A DNA stretch of 64,000 nt from the human T2T-CHM13v2.0 reference genome, Homo sapiens. Location of the stretch: NCBI RefSeq assembly GCF_009914755.1, contig NC_060927.1; one strand, 5' to 3'. Shown in pieces: positions 17,290 to 29,274 of this stretch. Position numbers and translations under genes: made by a program. Each line of letters opens with the position of its first letter. Positions within the stretch are counted from its first letter, which is position 1. Below the pieces are notes generated by a model. The model worked only from the letters and a program-made list of their open reading frames with translations, was not told the DNA's origin and searched no databases.

Positions 17290-18005
17290 TTTCTCCACTC
17301 TCTGTTCCCCATATCCAATCAGGTATCAATTCCTACTGACTCTATTCTAGTTTTGGTGCACATTTGAACCCATATTTTATTTTCCACTTCCAACTCTACC
17401 CCAGGCCCGCATTAACTCTTCCTTCCACTATAGCATTCCTTTCCCAACTAGTCTATTTGGCATGAGCTATGTCCTTTTTCATTCATTCTATAGACTCCAT
17501 CTGGCTTATTCTTCCAAAGCGGAACTCTGATCAGAAAATTGCCTTGCTCAAATACTCTCAACAAGTTCACATTTCTTAGAAAATGAAGCCCAAACATCTT
17601 CTCTTGGAAATTAATACTTTTTATGACAAAGTCTACCACACTGCTTAACAAACTCTAATGCGCTGCCAATTTTGATACTTGCTGCTTTCCATCTGCACTT
17701 TCCCACTCTTGCCTCTGTGCAATGTTTTTGTCTTCGATTGTCTTTCCTTCTTTCTAGAATTTTTACCATCTTTAAATACAGATACCACCTACATATTAAG
17801 CCTCACTTGATGTCCTTAACTAAAATTGATCTTTCTCTTCTTTGTGATTCTACTGTCCATTGTGTCCATCTTGCAACATTCGTAATCTTTTGCCTAATTT
17901 ATGTGAACATGTTTAATCTCCCCAACTCTATTTTAAACTTCTTGAGAACAGTCTTTCCATCTAGCACCTTAGCTATCAGAGTTTTGTACATGTAATACAG
18001 AATAC
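17290..18005 (+). mobile_element. L2 LINE relic (3' region)
   Basis: Pyrimidine-rich L2-like text ending TTTTAAACTTCTTGAGAACAG..TCTAGCACCTTAGC. Confidence 0.6.
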
Positions 18006-18259
18006 TTTTTTAAAAAACTGGAAATACCATTGTGAGTTGGCAAAACAGAGTCTATTTCACAAAGGAGGACAGTCTTTGAGTTTGGGTGGAAGGAATTTAA
18101 GGAAATAATTTTCATGACAAGAGTAGGTATGATAGAAGGTAGTCATCCTGAGTGAAGATTTGTTTTGGGAGGAGAGTTAGGAAGTAAGTTTAAGTAACTT
18201 TAATAATGAAGTGTCATCGTAGAGATCTTGAAAAACAAAGAGTTTAAAAATGTATAAGA

Positions 18260-18430
18260 TGGTGAAGCAGGAAGAACATTATGTCAGGAGACCTGGATTC
18301 CAGTCACAGTTTAATTTCTGATAGGTTATGAGACTTCAGTAATGACTTCTATGGGCCTCAGTTGATTCTGAGTAAAATTAGCAGATAAAACTCAATGATT
18401 TCCAGTCTATTCTAGCTTTAGACTCTCATG
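18260..18430 (+). mobile_element. MIR3-like relic
   Basis: GTCAGGAGACCTGGATTCCAGTC...TGGGCCTCAGTT...TTCTAGCTTTAGACTCT. Confidence 0.6.
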
Positions 18431-18981
18431 CCTATAAAGAAATAATGGGCTACTTTATGTTTTTGAGCAATTAATGGCATATAAAAGTTGTACTTAAGGA
18501 AGATAGAAAAAGATCAAAGAGGATAAAAACATTAAAAATACAAAATTTTAGCAGCTTTATTATTTTATGCAACTAAAATTAGTTGATTAATTTGGAGATG
18601 TCTAATTATATAAATAAAGTGTTACAGGTTAGAGTATCTATATCTTTTTTTCAGTTTATTGTTTACTGTTTGAATATTGAAAATTCTTACTATAGAACTG
18701 TAATAGTCTTGAGAAGTTGCAGCTGTTATGCATACCCACACTCAAGCTATTTCATACAAATAAGGTTCTAGCTTTAATTTTAAATGCCTCGAGTAAAACA
18801 GCACAGTCTTTTTCTGGCTCAAATAGATCCAATTACCTCTAATGACCCTGCTACAGTTTATTGAGTGTCTATGATCCAGGTGCTTTTGCTGAAGTCTAAA
18901 GTCATATTTTATATCATTTTGTGAGAAGTCATCGACCAAATGAATAAAAATTACTGAGACTTTCCTCCACATTACTATTTC

Positions 18982-19570
18982 TTCATGTAAATATTTATTG
19001 AGCTCCTACTGTGTGTAAGTGAATATGCTAGCCCCTCACAGAGAAGAGAAAAATGAACAAGACAGTCTGATCTCAGGGAGCTTATGCTTTGTTACAATAG
19101 AGCAAACATGCAAAATAGACTGAGCTTATAAAGAGCAAGAACAATCTCCTGACACACAGCAGGTACTTAATAAATGACTATTGACAAATTACACAAAAGG
19201 TAGACTATTTTAAGTACCACCAGAAGTAGGGATGGGGTGAGACAATGGGAACTCATAGTCTTGGGGTTATGAGAAAAAGTTTGTGAGGAAAGTTCTGAGT
19301 TCTTAATAGAAGTAAATGTTTGGAGGTCAGCAGGGCTGTGGATAATTGGGAAGGAAGTGTCTTATAGAGGAAACAGCCAGAAAAAAATTAAAAAGGTGGG
19401 CTAGCCTTGGACAAGTTTTAGAAACAGGGAATGGCTTAATTTGGCTGGAGGATAAGAGAATAGGGTTGATAAAGTTAGAAAGCTAAATGGCTGAAAACTA
19501 CTTTCTGTAGGTAACTTGGGAGTCATTGAAGATTTTTAAGTAGAGAAGTACTAAAAAAGATCTTTGGTTT
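18982..19570 (-). mobile_element. L2 LINE relic
   Basis: AAATATTTATTGAGCTCCTACTGTGTG (reverse L2 3' end) followed by purine-rich L2 body (GGGAGTCATTGAAGATTTTTAAGTAG). Confidence 0.65.
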
Positions 19571-20345
19571 TTCTTTTAGCCATTATACTTTAATATGACT
19601 TAGGGTGATTCTTAAATAACACATTTCAACATTTAAAAATTCATGCAATAAAAACAGGCACCAAAAACAAAGACAAAATCAGAATAAAAAAACATGTCAC
19701 AGCCTTTTCATTTCTCACCACTCTGGGCAGTAATGTCAAGAATCAAATGGATTATTTATAGTTCTCAGTTAGCCCTGGAGGTGGGTGCTCAGAGAAGTAG
19801 CCACACTTGGTGAGGGTGCTGAAATAGTTATAGACTTTACATTCCAGCGTATTTGAGTTTCTATTGACATTAGATCTACTATGTAACACAATTTTCTGGT
19901 AGAACATCATATAATCATGTTAGAAAATATTTTTTGTTAACATGTAAGAAAAATGTTAGATTTCTATTACTGTCTGCTCTTTGCCCTAAAGTTATGCTAG
20001 GAAAAATGTTATTTCCAATCATCAAGAGGAAAAGGTACACTATTCAAACAGTGCCGTCATTAAATAATTTTTCAAATGATGTTATCATATTCATTTGGTT
20101 TGTTCTGGGAGATATAATTTAAATGCACTCATATGTTAAGAATCCAATTAATTTTTAAATGTATGTTTAACCTAAACTGGCATAATATAAACTGGCATAA
20201 ATTCTGGCTAAATTTTCAACTTTAAATTATTATTACAAGTAGATTATTTTACCTTAATTATCATGAGCTTATTCCTCAAAGTGTGCAAGTATATTTATGA
20301 AATTAAAAGTAATAAATGTCTACTATGATGTATTGCAAAAAATAT

Positions 20346-20815
20346 TGTAGAATATTATTGTCCCCAATTCTTCATTCTTTTCTTGTTCTAGAATTGCACA
20401 CCCTTTTGCAAAGTGATTTGGTATTATCTCCTTCTTACTAGGGTAGATGAAATATATTTCCGCACTTTATTGATGTTGGGCTTGGCCATGTGACCAATGT
20501 GAATGGCCAGAGAATGAGCAGGAGTTTCAATGTGCCAATGTGGTTAGGCTTGAGTTCTTGTGTTTCTGCTCCGTGAGAAAAATATGCTTGAGTAGCCTCT
20601 AGTCCCAGAGTGATGAAGACAGGTGGAACAGGTTTGAACCCAGTCCCAGGCCTGGAGTTTAGTCGAGCCTAGCCGTGTCCTGCCTGGTAAGCCCAGCTGA
20701 AATTAGAGGATCTGCAGCCACCCTACATATTTATAAATGGAAAAACAATAATGTTTGTTTTTGTAAGCCATTGATATGTTAGTGGTTGCTTATTATCCGT
20801 CATAATTGTAGCTAG
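20346..20815 (+). mobile_element. MLT1H-like MaLR LTR
   Basis: TTGATGTTGGGCTTGGCCATGTGAC...GTTTTTGTAAGCCATTGA..TGGTTGCTTATTA. Confidence 0.7.
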
Positions 20816-23442
20816 AATTTATTATTACATATATTATTTTATAATATTTTGATAGCTATAGTTACCCAAATAATGGTAAGAAATAAATGAATAAAGCATT
20901 AAGACTATGGGATTTGTTATACTACATTGAATGTTAATTACATGTCCCAATATAAATGTCTCAGTAATGATGATAACATTTTGATGACTAAAAATATAGT
21001 CCTCTTGGGAAACCATTTTTTGTCTTTTGAGGCCTACAGGAAAGTTCAAAATGAAAAGATTGGGCTACATAGTTTTTATATAGAAAAACTTCAATTCATC
21101 TGAAAATTCCTACTTCTCAAACTAACATTTTTATAAATTTTCCTTTGTTATCTTAAAGCATAGCATTAAAAATTGCTTATCAAATTACATCATTTATCAG
21201 CCGTACATTGTAATCTCTTTATAATTGAGTTTTTAGTGAACATGATGCAGAGTATAAGTTACCTTTGTTCTACTGGAGACTTGTTTAAATTAGTGGCCAG
21301 AAGAAAAAATTTTGTAACTTTAAAACTATATGCCAATACATGGCAGGAAATAGTTCCAATGTCATATGAGGATATGTTTAGGAATAACAAATCCAACTGA
21401 ATAAGTTTCTCAATTTTAATGGATGGCCTACACTATTCAAATAAGCTCATCTAAAATTTTTAGCATGAATATATATATATATATACATGTTAAAGTTGTG
21501 TAATTATACAGTGAATATTTCCATTTCAGATGTCAGAGACTTCTTGTCAAAAGCCAAGAACTATGAGTGAGTGGATTAAAATACTTTGTTCATAAACAAG
21601 TTGGCCTATTTTATTTGGCCTACTTTTTTAAAAAAGCAATTTCCTTTCACAGATAAGATAGCAGTTGTTGAACAATTAGCCTCATAAAATATTATTTCAC
21701 AATAAGATGGGAAGAAATAAGGGATACCAAGACCATTTTCTTTCTATGAGATTAAAAACATTTTCTACATATTTGTCTATCGATGGCATAATAGACTCAT
21801 TAAGTTAACGTTTCATTGTTACATAGCATCTCTAATTCAAATTTCTCAGTTTCAGAAAGAAAATCTTTTGTCAATATTTTGAATAGGTTCTAAGTGGAAG
21901 ATTTTTGTTTGGTAAGATTTTCACATTAAAGTTTATGTATGATGTAGAATTGATTTAGTAAAAGCTATATTTAGTTAGCTGGTTAATTCTTGGATGGAAA
22001 AGAAAATAATTATAGCTAGATACTTCGCTTTTTAAGCATGTATTATTTTCTTGGATATTTGAACATCATAGTTACTTTGGTTTTTCTTTTTACAGGATCA
22101 TAATAAGCCACTTCTCTCCATCCTCCAGTTAAGCACAAATATTTAATTTTGTAATTAATTATATATGTTTTTAAAATATAAAGCTTGCAGCACATAAGAC
22201 AACATAATTAAGGACAAAGAAGACAAACTCAACTAATGAACACAGAGTTGAAAAATAGAATTCTGAAAAATTAAATGAACTCTTGCTTTGCATGTCAGTG
22301 AAAACCTTTTGTTATTTTCTGGCAGGATCTGGATAGACAGAAGCTTTCCCGTGTATTGACAGAACTGCAGAAAGCCCAATTAATTCTTCAACTTCACTAA
22401 AGTCTGTTTTTTTTTCCTTAGGAGTAATTCCAAACAATTCTAAAGCAAAAAGAAAGTATTCACAGTATAAAAAGTTTGGGAGTACTTTGGCTTAGTTTTA
22501 TTTTGGACTTTGTAAAGGCAGTCAGAGAATGTCACAAACGCCAGCTTTAGACAAAATCTGCAGCACATTAGGCTTGGCAATTTACTCACATTAAAAAGAT
22601 CAATTGTTAAGGTCATGGGAAGGAATTGCATGTCCAGAGAGTCAAAAGAGGAAGGTAGATGAAAATAAAATACTACAAATGTATAAAAGTGTGTATATTT
22701 TAGATTGCATGCAATTTTAGCATTTAAATTATATGGTATCTGCATTTGTGCCCTACTGATTTAAGTATAATAGTCATCTTCTCAACAATAGTGTAAACTC
22801 CTTGAAATAGGCTTTGCATTTTATAGTCTCTTTAACCCTTAACACAGAATCAAGGCTAATGCTGAACATTCAATAAATAAATATTGATTAACTGATTAAG
22901 ATCATAATTCAAATTTGCTAGGACAATGCAATGTTAGAATGTTCATTGCAAACAATACAGTCATTAGGGGTTCAAACTGACACGACATGGATAGGTTTAG
23001 GTCACCTCAACATTGTTTGTTTATTTCTCATTTTAAGGTTGCTTTACTTGCCATTGAAGACAATTTTCACTGCAATTAAAAATATTTCTTTTCTATTTAG
23101 GTGTGTTCTGAGTACTTCTCTTTATTGTCTTTTTTTCCTTTGGTTTTGTGCAAAAAGAAAAAAAAACAACATTATAAGCTCTTTAAGAATTGCTTTCTTC
23201 ACTTTCAGACACACAATTAAACCCTGTGTAGTGAGAAGACTCTGCCTTTTTGGAATCCTTTGATCCTCACTCTCCAACTAAAGTTTAGGAAGAAAGACAC
23301 TATTGAAATTCAACACAGAGTTTTAAGGATTCCAGCCTTCACTCCTCTTGGCTCCATCTAGGAAAAGCGGTAAGTCAAAGAAAATCCTAATGACACGTGG
23401 TTAGTATTACTCCATGACATCTCAAAGCTAGAGGAGAGAGAA

Positions 23443-24381
23443 AATTTAGCATGCAGTTTGTTAATGTGTTTTGTATCCATTAAAGTCTCACCTTTGCAGC
23501 CCAGGGGAGAGAGGACATGAACTCTCTCAGACCAAGATCTTGTCATAAAGTTCTAAACAGCAGTATGGTTTTAGAAGGGCCACCCTCTCTTCCATGGACC
23601 ACTGTATTCCTAGAAAAAGTTTTAGTAGACCTTTGACTTTGACGTTCTATGTGTTGAAATGTCGCAGCTTTGTTGCTGACGTATAGAATTGAGTTTGGCT
23701 ATAACCTTGCCTCTGTCTGACTGCTTCACTGGAATTGGGTTGGTATTGGAACACAGGTCTCTTCTATAGGTCTATAACAGGAGTTGCCAAATCTTGTTGA
23801 GACAAAGGAATTGACTTACGGTATGTTTTCGAAGCCATGAATTATTTTTGTATAACCTTGTGATAAGGAGTAGAATTTTTACAAAAGGAGTAATAATTTT
23901 TATTAAACAGAACCTCTGGGCTTATTACTGGAGAAGAGGATCCTTGGTGATTGTACTGTTGGTTGTACTTGGCTCTAATTCAGGGGATATTGCTTTGGAA
24001 AAAACTACTGCTAACAGTCCCTGGACAAATATTTTCTGTGTCACTAACCGTTGAAAACCTGCCGTGATTTCAATGTATAGTAGGTGGTATATTAACTAAC
24101 GTTCTCATTTGTATGAGAATTCCACATGGGTTCTCTTTTGGTTCGTTGGACATAGGTCAATGAAAAATGGGTATTGCTAGCACTAGGGAGCTTTCTATGC
24201 TTTATGTCTTTAAGCTCAATGAATCACTCTAACATCCAAATAGCATTGCACAATTTATACTTTCTAATCAGGAATATAATTTCACAACATTACGTTTGCA
24301 GCACGACCATAGCATTGTAATTTAGCATGCGTTTTGTTAATGTGTTTTGTATCCCATTACAGTCTCATCTTTGCAGCCCAG
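23443..24381. repeat. Dispersed direct repeat pair (62/63 bp; 23443-23504 and 24319-24381)
   Basis: AATTTAGCATGC..TTTGTTAATGTGTTTTGTATCC(C)ATTA.AGTCTCA.CTTTGCAGCCCAG occurs twice; 4 substitutions and 1 indel by manual alignment. Confidence 0.92.
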
Positions 24382-24569
24382 TGCCATATGTTACCAATCT
24401 ACAGCGAACCTCTTAAGCAAAAGGAAATAAAAACTGGTAAAATTACACTAAGACATATGCTATTTGTTACCTACCGACAACCAACCTCCTCTTCTTATTT
24501 CCTTACTGAACCCTAATTTTGTTCAAGTTTGGGGAAAATGTTCTAAGCAAAGATGTGCCCTACTCCCTG

Positions 24570-25975
24570 TGTGTCCGGAATTGGTGGGTTCTTGGTCTCA
24601 CTGACTTCAAGAATGAAGCTGCAGACCCTCGCGGTGAGTGTTACAGCTCTTAAGGTGGCGCGTCTGGAGTTTTGTTCCTTCTGATGTTCGGATGTGTTCG
24701 GAGTTTCTTCCTTCTGGTGGGTTCGTGGTCTCGCTGGCTCAGGAGTGAAGTCGCGGACCCTGGAGGTGAGTGTTACAGCTCTTAAGGCGGCGCGTCTGGA
24801 ATTGGTAGTTCCTCCCGGTGGGTTCGTGGTCTTGTTGGCTTCAGGAGTGAAGCTGCAGACCTTCGCTGTCAGTGTCACAGCTCATAAAGACAGTGTGGAC
24901 CCAAAAAGTTAGCAGCAGCAAGATTTATTGCAAAGAGTGAAAAAACAAAGCTTCCACAGCGTGGAGTGGGGACCACGGCGGGTTGCCACTGCTGGCTTGG
25001 GCAGCCTGCTTTTATTCTCTTATCTGGCCCCACCCACATCCTGCTGATTGGTAGAGCCCAGCGGTCTGTTTTGACAGGACGCTGATTGGTGCGTTTACAA
25101 TCCCTGAGCTAGACACAAAGGTTCTCCACCTCCCCACCATATTAGCTAGATACAGAGTGAAGACATAAAGGTTCTCCAAAGCCCCACCAGAGTAGCTAGA
25201 TACAGAGTGTCGATTGGTGCGTTCACAAACCCTGAGCTAGACACAGAGTGCTGATTGGTGTGTTTACAAACCCTGAGCTAGACACAGGGTGCTGATTGGT
25301 GTATTTACAATCCCCGAGCTAGACATAAAGGTTCTCCACTTCCCCACCAGACTCAGGAGCCCAGCTGGCTTTACCCAGTGGATCCCGCACCGGGGCTGCA
25401 GGTGGAGCTGCCTGCCAGTCCCACGCCCTGCACCCACACTCCTCAGCCCTTGGGTGGTCGATAGGGCTGGGTGCCGTGGAGCAGGGGGTGGCGCTCGTCA
25501 GGGAGGCTGGGGCCGCACAGGAGCTCACGGAGTGGGTGGGAGGCTCAGGCATGGCGGGCTGCAGGTCCCGAGCCCTGCCCCGCGGGAAGGCAGCTAAGGC
25601 CAGGCGAGAAATCGAGCGCAGCGCCGGTGGGCTGGCACTGCTAGGGGACCCAATACACCCTCTGCAGCCGCTGGCCCAGGTGCTAAGCCCCTCATTGCCC
25701 GGGCCGGCAGGGTGGGCCGGCTGCTCCCAGTGCCGGGCCTGCCGGGAACTCCAGCTGGCCTGCAAGCGCCCCAGTTCCTGCTCGCGCCTCTCCCTCCACA
25801 CCTCCCTGCAAGCTGAGGGAGCCGTCTCCGGCCTCGGCCAGCCCAGAAAGGGGCTCCCACAGTGCAGCGGTGGGCTGAGGGGCTCCTCAAGTGCCGCCAA
25901 ATTGGGAGCCCAGGCAGAGGAGGCGCCGAGAGCGAGCGAGGGCTGTGAGGACTGCCAGCACGCTGTCACCTCTCA
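24570..25975 (-). mobile_element. Solo LTR12C (ERV9/HERV9 LTR), 1406 bp
   Basis: Minus strand starts TGAGAGGTGACAGCGTGCTGGCAGTCC and ends CCACCAATTCCGGACACA; CpG-rich U3; tandem CCAAT-containing repeats; 4-bp TSD CCTG/CCAG. Confidence 0.95.
24985..25300 (-). promoter_or_regulatory. LTR12 U3 promoter/enhancer: five CCAAT (NF-Y-type) boxes, a GATA site and the AATAAA TATA-like box
   Basis: ATTGG at 25047, 25085, 25213, 25254, 25295; TTATCT 25020-25025; CTTTTATT 25009-25016. The architecture is known for ERV9 LTRs; activity at this locus is not shown. Confidence 0.7.
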
Positions 25976-26461
25976 CCAGCACAGGGTATGAAACATGAAG
26001 GATATATGTCACAACCTCATTCTGTTTTCATCAGGGATTCAGTTGGGGTTTGCCTTTGACTGAGGTCTGGCCAATAGGAGCTGAGAGAAAGTCTGTTGCA
26101 GGACTCCTGGGAAAGGTTTCTTCCTAATAAAAGAAATATGCATGAGGAGAAAATACCTCCATCTCTTTCGTTTCCTGCCTTTGGATGCTGTTATGAGGAT
26201 GTGATGCATAGAGTTTCTACTGCCTAGGGGTCGAGGATGAGGAAGACTGAAGACGTGCAGAGCCTGGCAAAGCAGGGAGGTTAGAAAGAGCTTAGATACT
26301 TTAAGGCATTGTTAGGCTACTGAGCCAATTCTTAGATCTACTTCTCCCTGGACTTCTTGGTGAATGTCATAATAAATGCCCTTATTGTTTAAGCCGCATT
26401 TAGCAGGGTCTTCTGTTACTTACAGACAAAAGCATTCTGACTGATAAAAGAAGTTAGTTAA

Positions 26462-26877
<416 letters not shown>

Positions 26878-28671
26878 TCATGAGCTTTTTGTGGAGCTGG
26901 TAGTTTAGAACTCGAAATGAATTTTCCCCACAGAAATGTTATAAATGGTGTCTGGGTTCCCAAGGTAAGCCCATAAGGCCTATTTAATCCAATAATGCCA
27001 TAAAATCTGTACAGTCTAGTAGAACTGAATCACCTTGAAAAACAATGTTTCCTTTGGGACAAAAATTAATTGAGAACAAAATGCAAAGATCCAGCTTGGA
27101 AAAACATAAAATCATCATGCTAATAACAATAAAATTGAGGACTTCTCACCCCTCAAGGATTGGGCAGTACGTACAGTTATTAACCCAAAGGCAATGTTTA
27201 TACCTGTTGCTTGGGAGTCAGTGTGAGAGGTCAAAGGCTAGACAGTAATACAGGAGAAAGGTAGAAACTTGGTAAAGGGGTGGGGAGGTGGGCACTAAAT
27301 GTTTTCTTTCCCTATTACTTCTCAGTGCCAAGAGTTTATCTGCCTGTTTCTGTAGGTTTCTAATAAAACAATCGTCTTCATCTCTTTTCCCTGAAGTATT
27401 CCTAACTTGTGACACTTTTAGGGAGAACTAACAGTATTATGTTGGCGTCATTGCTTACCTGGTTTTGTCAGTCTGAATACCAGATCCTTGATGTTGATGG
27501 TGAGGTATCGGCCACCACTTAAGGTATCTATATATAAAGGCTATTTAACCTGGTATGAAGTGGCAAGATATTTTGCTGATATTAATTTGTCCTATGTTCT
27601 CACCACATGAACCTGGAAGATGTGAGAAGTCTTGCTCATCACTTCTTCCAAAAACTTGAGAAGGTTGTCAGGTATTGTGCTCTGAGTTCTGAACTCTTTG
27701 CCTTGTGAAGGTCTTGACTCATTTTTGTGGCAGGAATAAATGCTAAACTGGTCAGAGTCCCAAAAGAACACTGCGTCTACTCTTTGTTGGATTGTTTTGT
27801 CTTTAAAGCCTAAACTTGTGGAGGGGGAAGGTAGACAAACTGGGGAGAAAAAGGGCTTTTATGGGCTTTTCTGGGGTTTCCTCAGAAGCTTAAGGAGTCA
27901 ATGGGGATGTGGGGTGCCTTTTGTTGAATGACAGAGATCTGAGGCCTTTGCCTACTCAGAGGCCTTGAGATGTGAAAAGATCTTTGATAAAGTAAACATT
28001 GGGATAACAGGAGAAAAAAATGAATTCTTGTGATAGACAACAAAAATTATTAAAATGTTGATAAAACTGTACATAGTTGCTCAAATGTAAATTATATATA
28101 AAGGATATATATCCAGTATGTCCCTAAAAACTTCTATGATATTTCCAGTGAATTCCTGAGCCCTTGTTAATATGAGGATGATTTCTACCACATCACACTT
28201 AAAGTCTCCTTCATACGCAACCCAGTATTATGAGGGTTGCTGCTAGAAATTTTTTAACTGAAAATAACCATAAGAAGTAGCAATGTGGATTAGGTGAATG
28301 GTTCCTCCTTTGCTATTTCAACATCTTTTCTTTTACTTAAACCTTCATTTCTATCCTCTATAATTGCAGGAGCTATGTGTCCCCTGCCTCTAAAGGAAGG
28401 GACAAGAATGAGCTCCTTGGAGACTTGAGGGCTGATGAAAAAGAGCACTCAGACACATTATGTCTTATACAATTACATTTCATGCAGTAAGCTCAAAGTA
28501 CTTTCTCAGCCAAACATCTGAGAAAATATTATGCTGATGGAAGCTCCTTCTCCAGGATCCTAGTTTCTTTATAGGAAATGTATTTGGATCCCAGCAAGGG
28601 TCATCTGCCTGTCTGAGGTACAGCCTCCCAGGTCAGGGCCATTCTTGGTGGGGTTCATCAAGAGTAACATA

Positions 28672-29274
28672 GTAAAAATTTTCTATTGCTGTGTAACAAA
28701 TTACTTCAAATTAAGTGGCTTAAAACAACACATATTTCTTGTCTCACATCTGTGGGTCAGGAGTCTGACCATAGTTTAACTAGGTCCTGTTTAGGGTTTT
28801 ATAAAATTGCAATCAAGATGTTCAAAGAGTTGTTTTCCCATTTGAAGGCTTGGCTGGGGAAGAATCTGTTTGGAAGCTCTTTCAGCTTGTTGGCAGCATT
28901 CATCTTCTTGAAGCTGTATGACTGTTGCGGGTTTTGCTGGGTGTCATCTGGAGACCACCCTTAGGTTCTAGAGGGCACTTGCAGTTCCTACAAGTCACCT
29001 CCAGTTTCTTGCTGTGTAGGCTTCCTTACCCATGGCTGCTTACTTATTAAGCCAGCAAGGAGAATCTCTTTCTCTATCCTGCTAACACTGAGTCTCATGT
29101 AACATAACATAATCATGAGAATGGCATCCTATCACCTTTCCCTCATCTTATTGATCAGAAGCAAGTCATAGGTCCCACATACACTCAAGATGGGAGATTA
29201 CATAAAGGCATGGACACAAAGAGACACCAGGAGGTGCAAATCATTGGAGTTTTCCTTAAGTTCTGTTCATCACA
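28672..29274 (-). mobile_element. MLT1E/F-like MaLR LTR
   Basis: TTTCTATTGCTGTGTAACAAATTAC..GTGGCTTAAAACAACAC..TGTGGGTCAGGAGTCTG...AGAAGCAAGTCATAGGTCC. Confidence 0.78.

Larger units (their letters stand above)
24465..26446 (+). mobile_element. MLT1K-like MaLR LTR interrupted by LTR12C
   Basis: 5' piece ~24465-24569; 3' piece 25976-26446 with TCTGGCCAATAGGAG..CTGGGAAAGGTTTC..GAGGATGTGATGC..AATAAATGCCCTTATTGTTTAAGCC..TCTGACTGATA. Confidence 0.72.

Noticed and set aside
22096-22400. Resemblance of NKPLLSILQDLD to CRF/insect DH44-type peptides, and of PLDRL (15327-15341) to osteocrin
   Set aside because: Very short matches on a hand-joined peptide; no dibasic cleavage or amidation signals; vertebrate CRF-family peptides are encoded within one exon.
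24543-25991. Longest ORFs in the window (216 aa and 171 aa)
   Set aside because: They lie almost wholly in the GC-rich LTR12C, overlap on both strands and show no domain; they reflect stop-codon scarcity.
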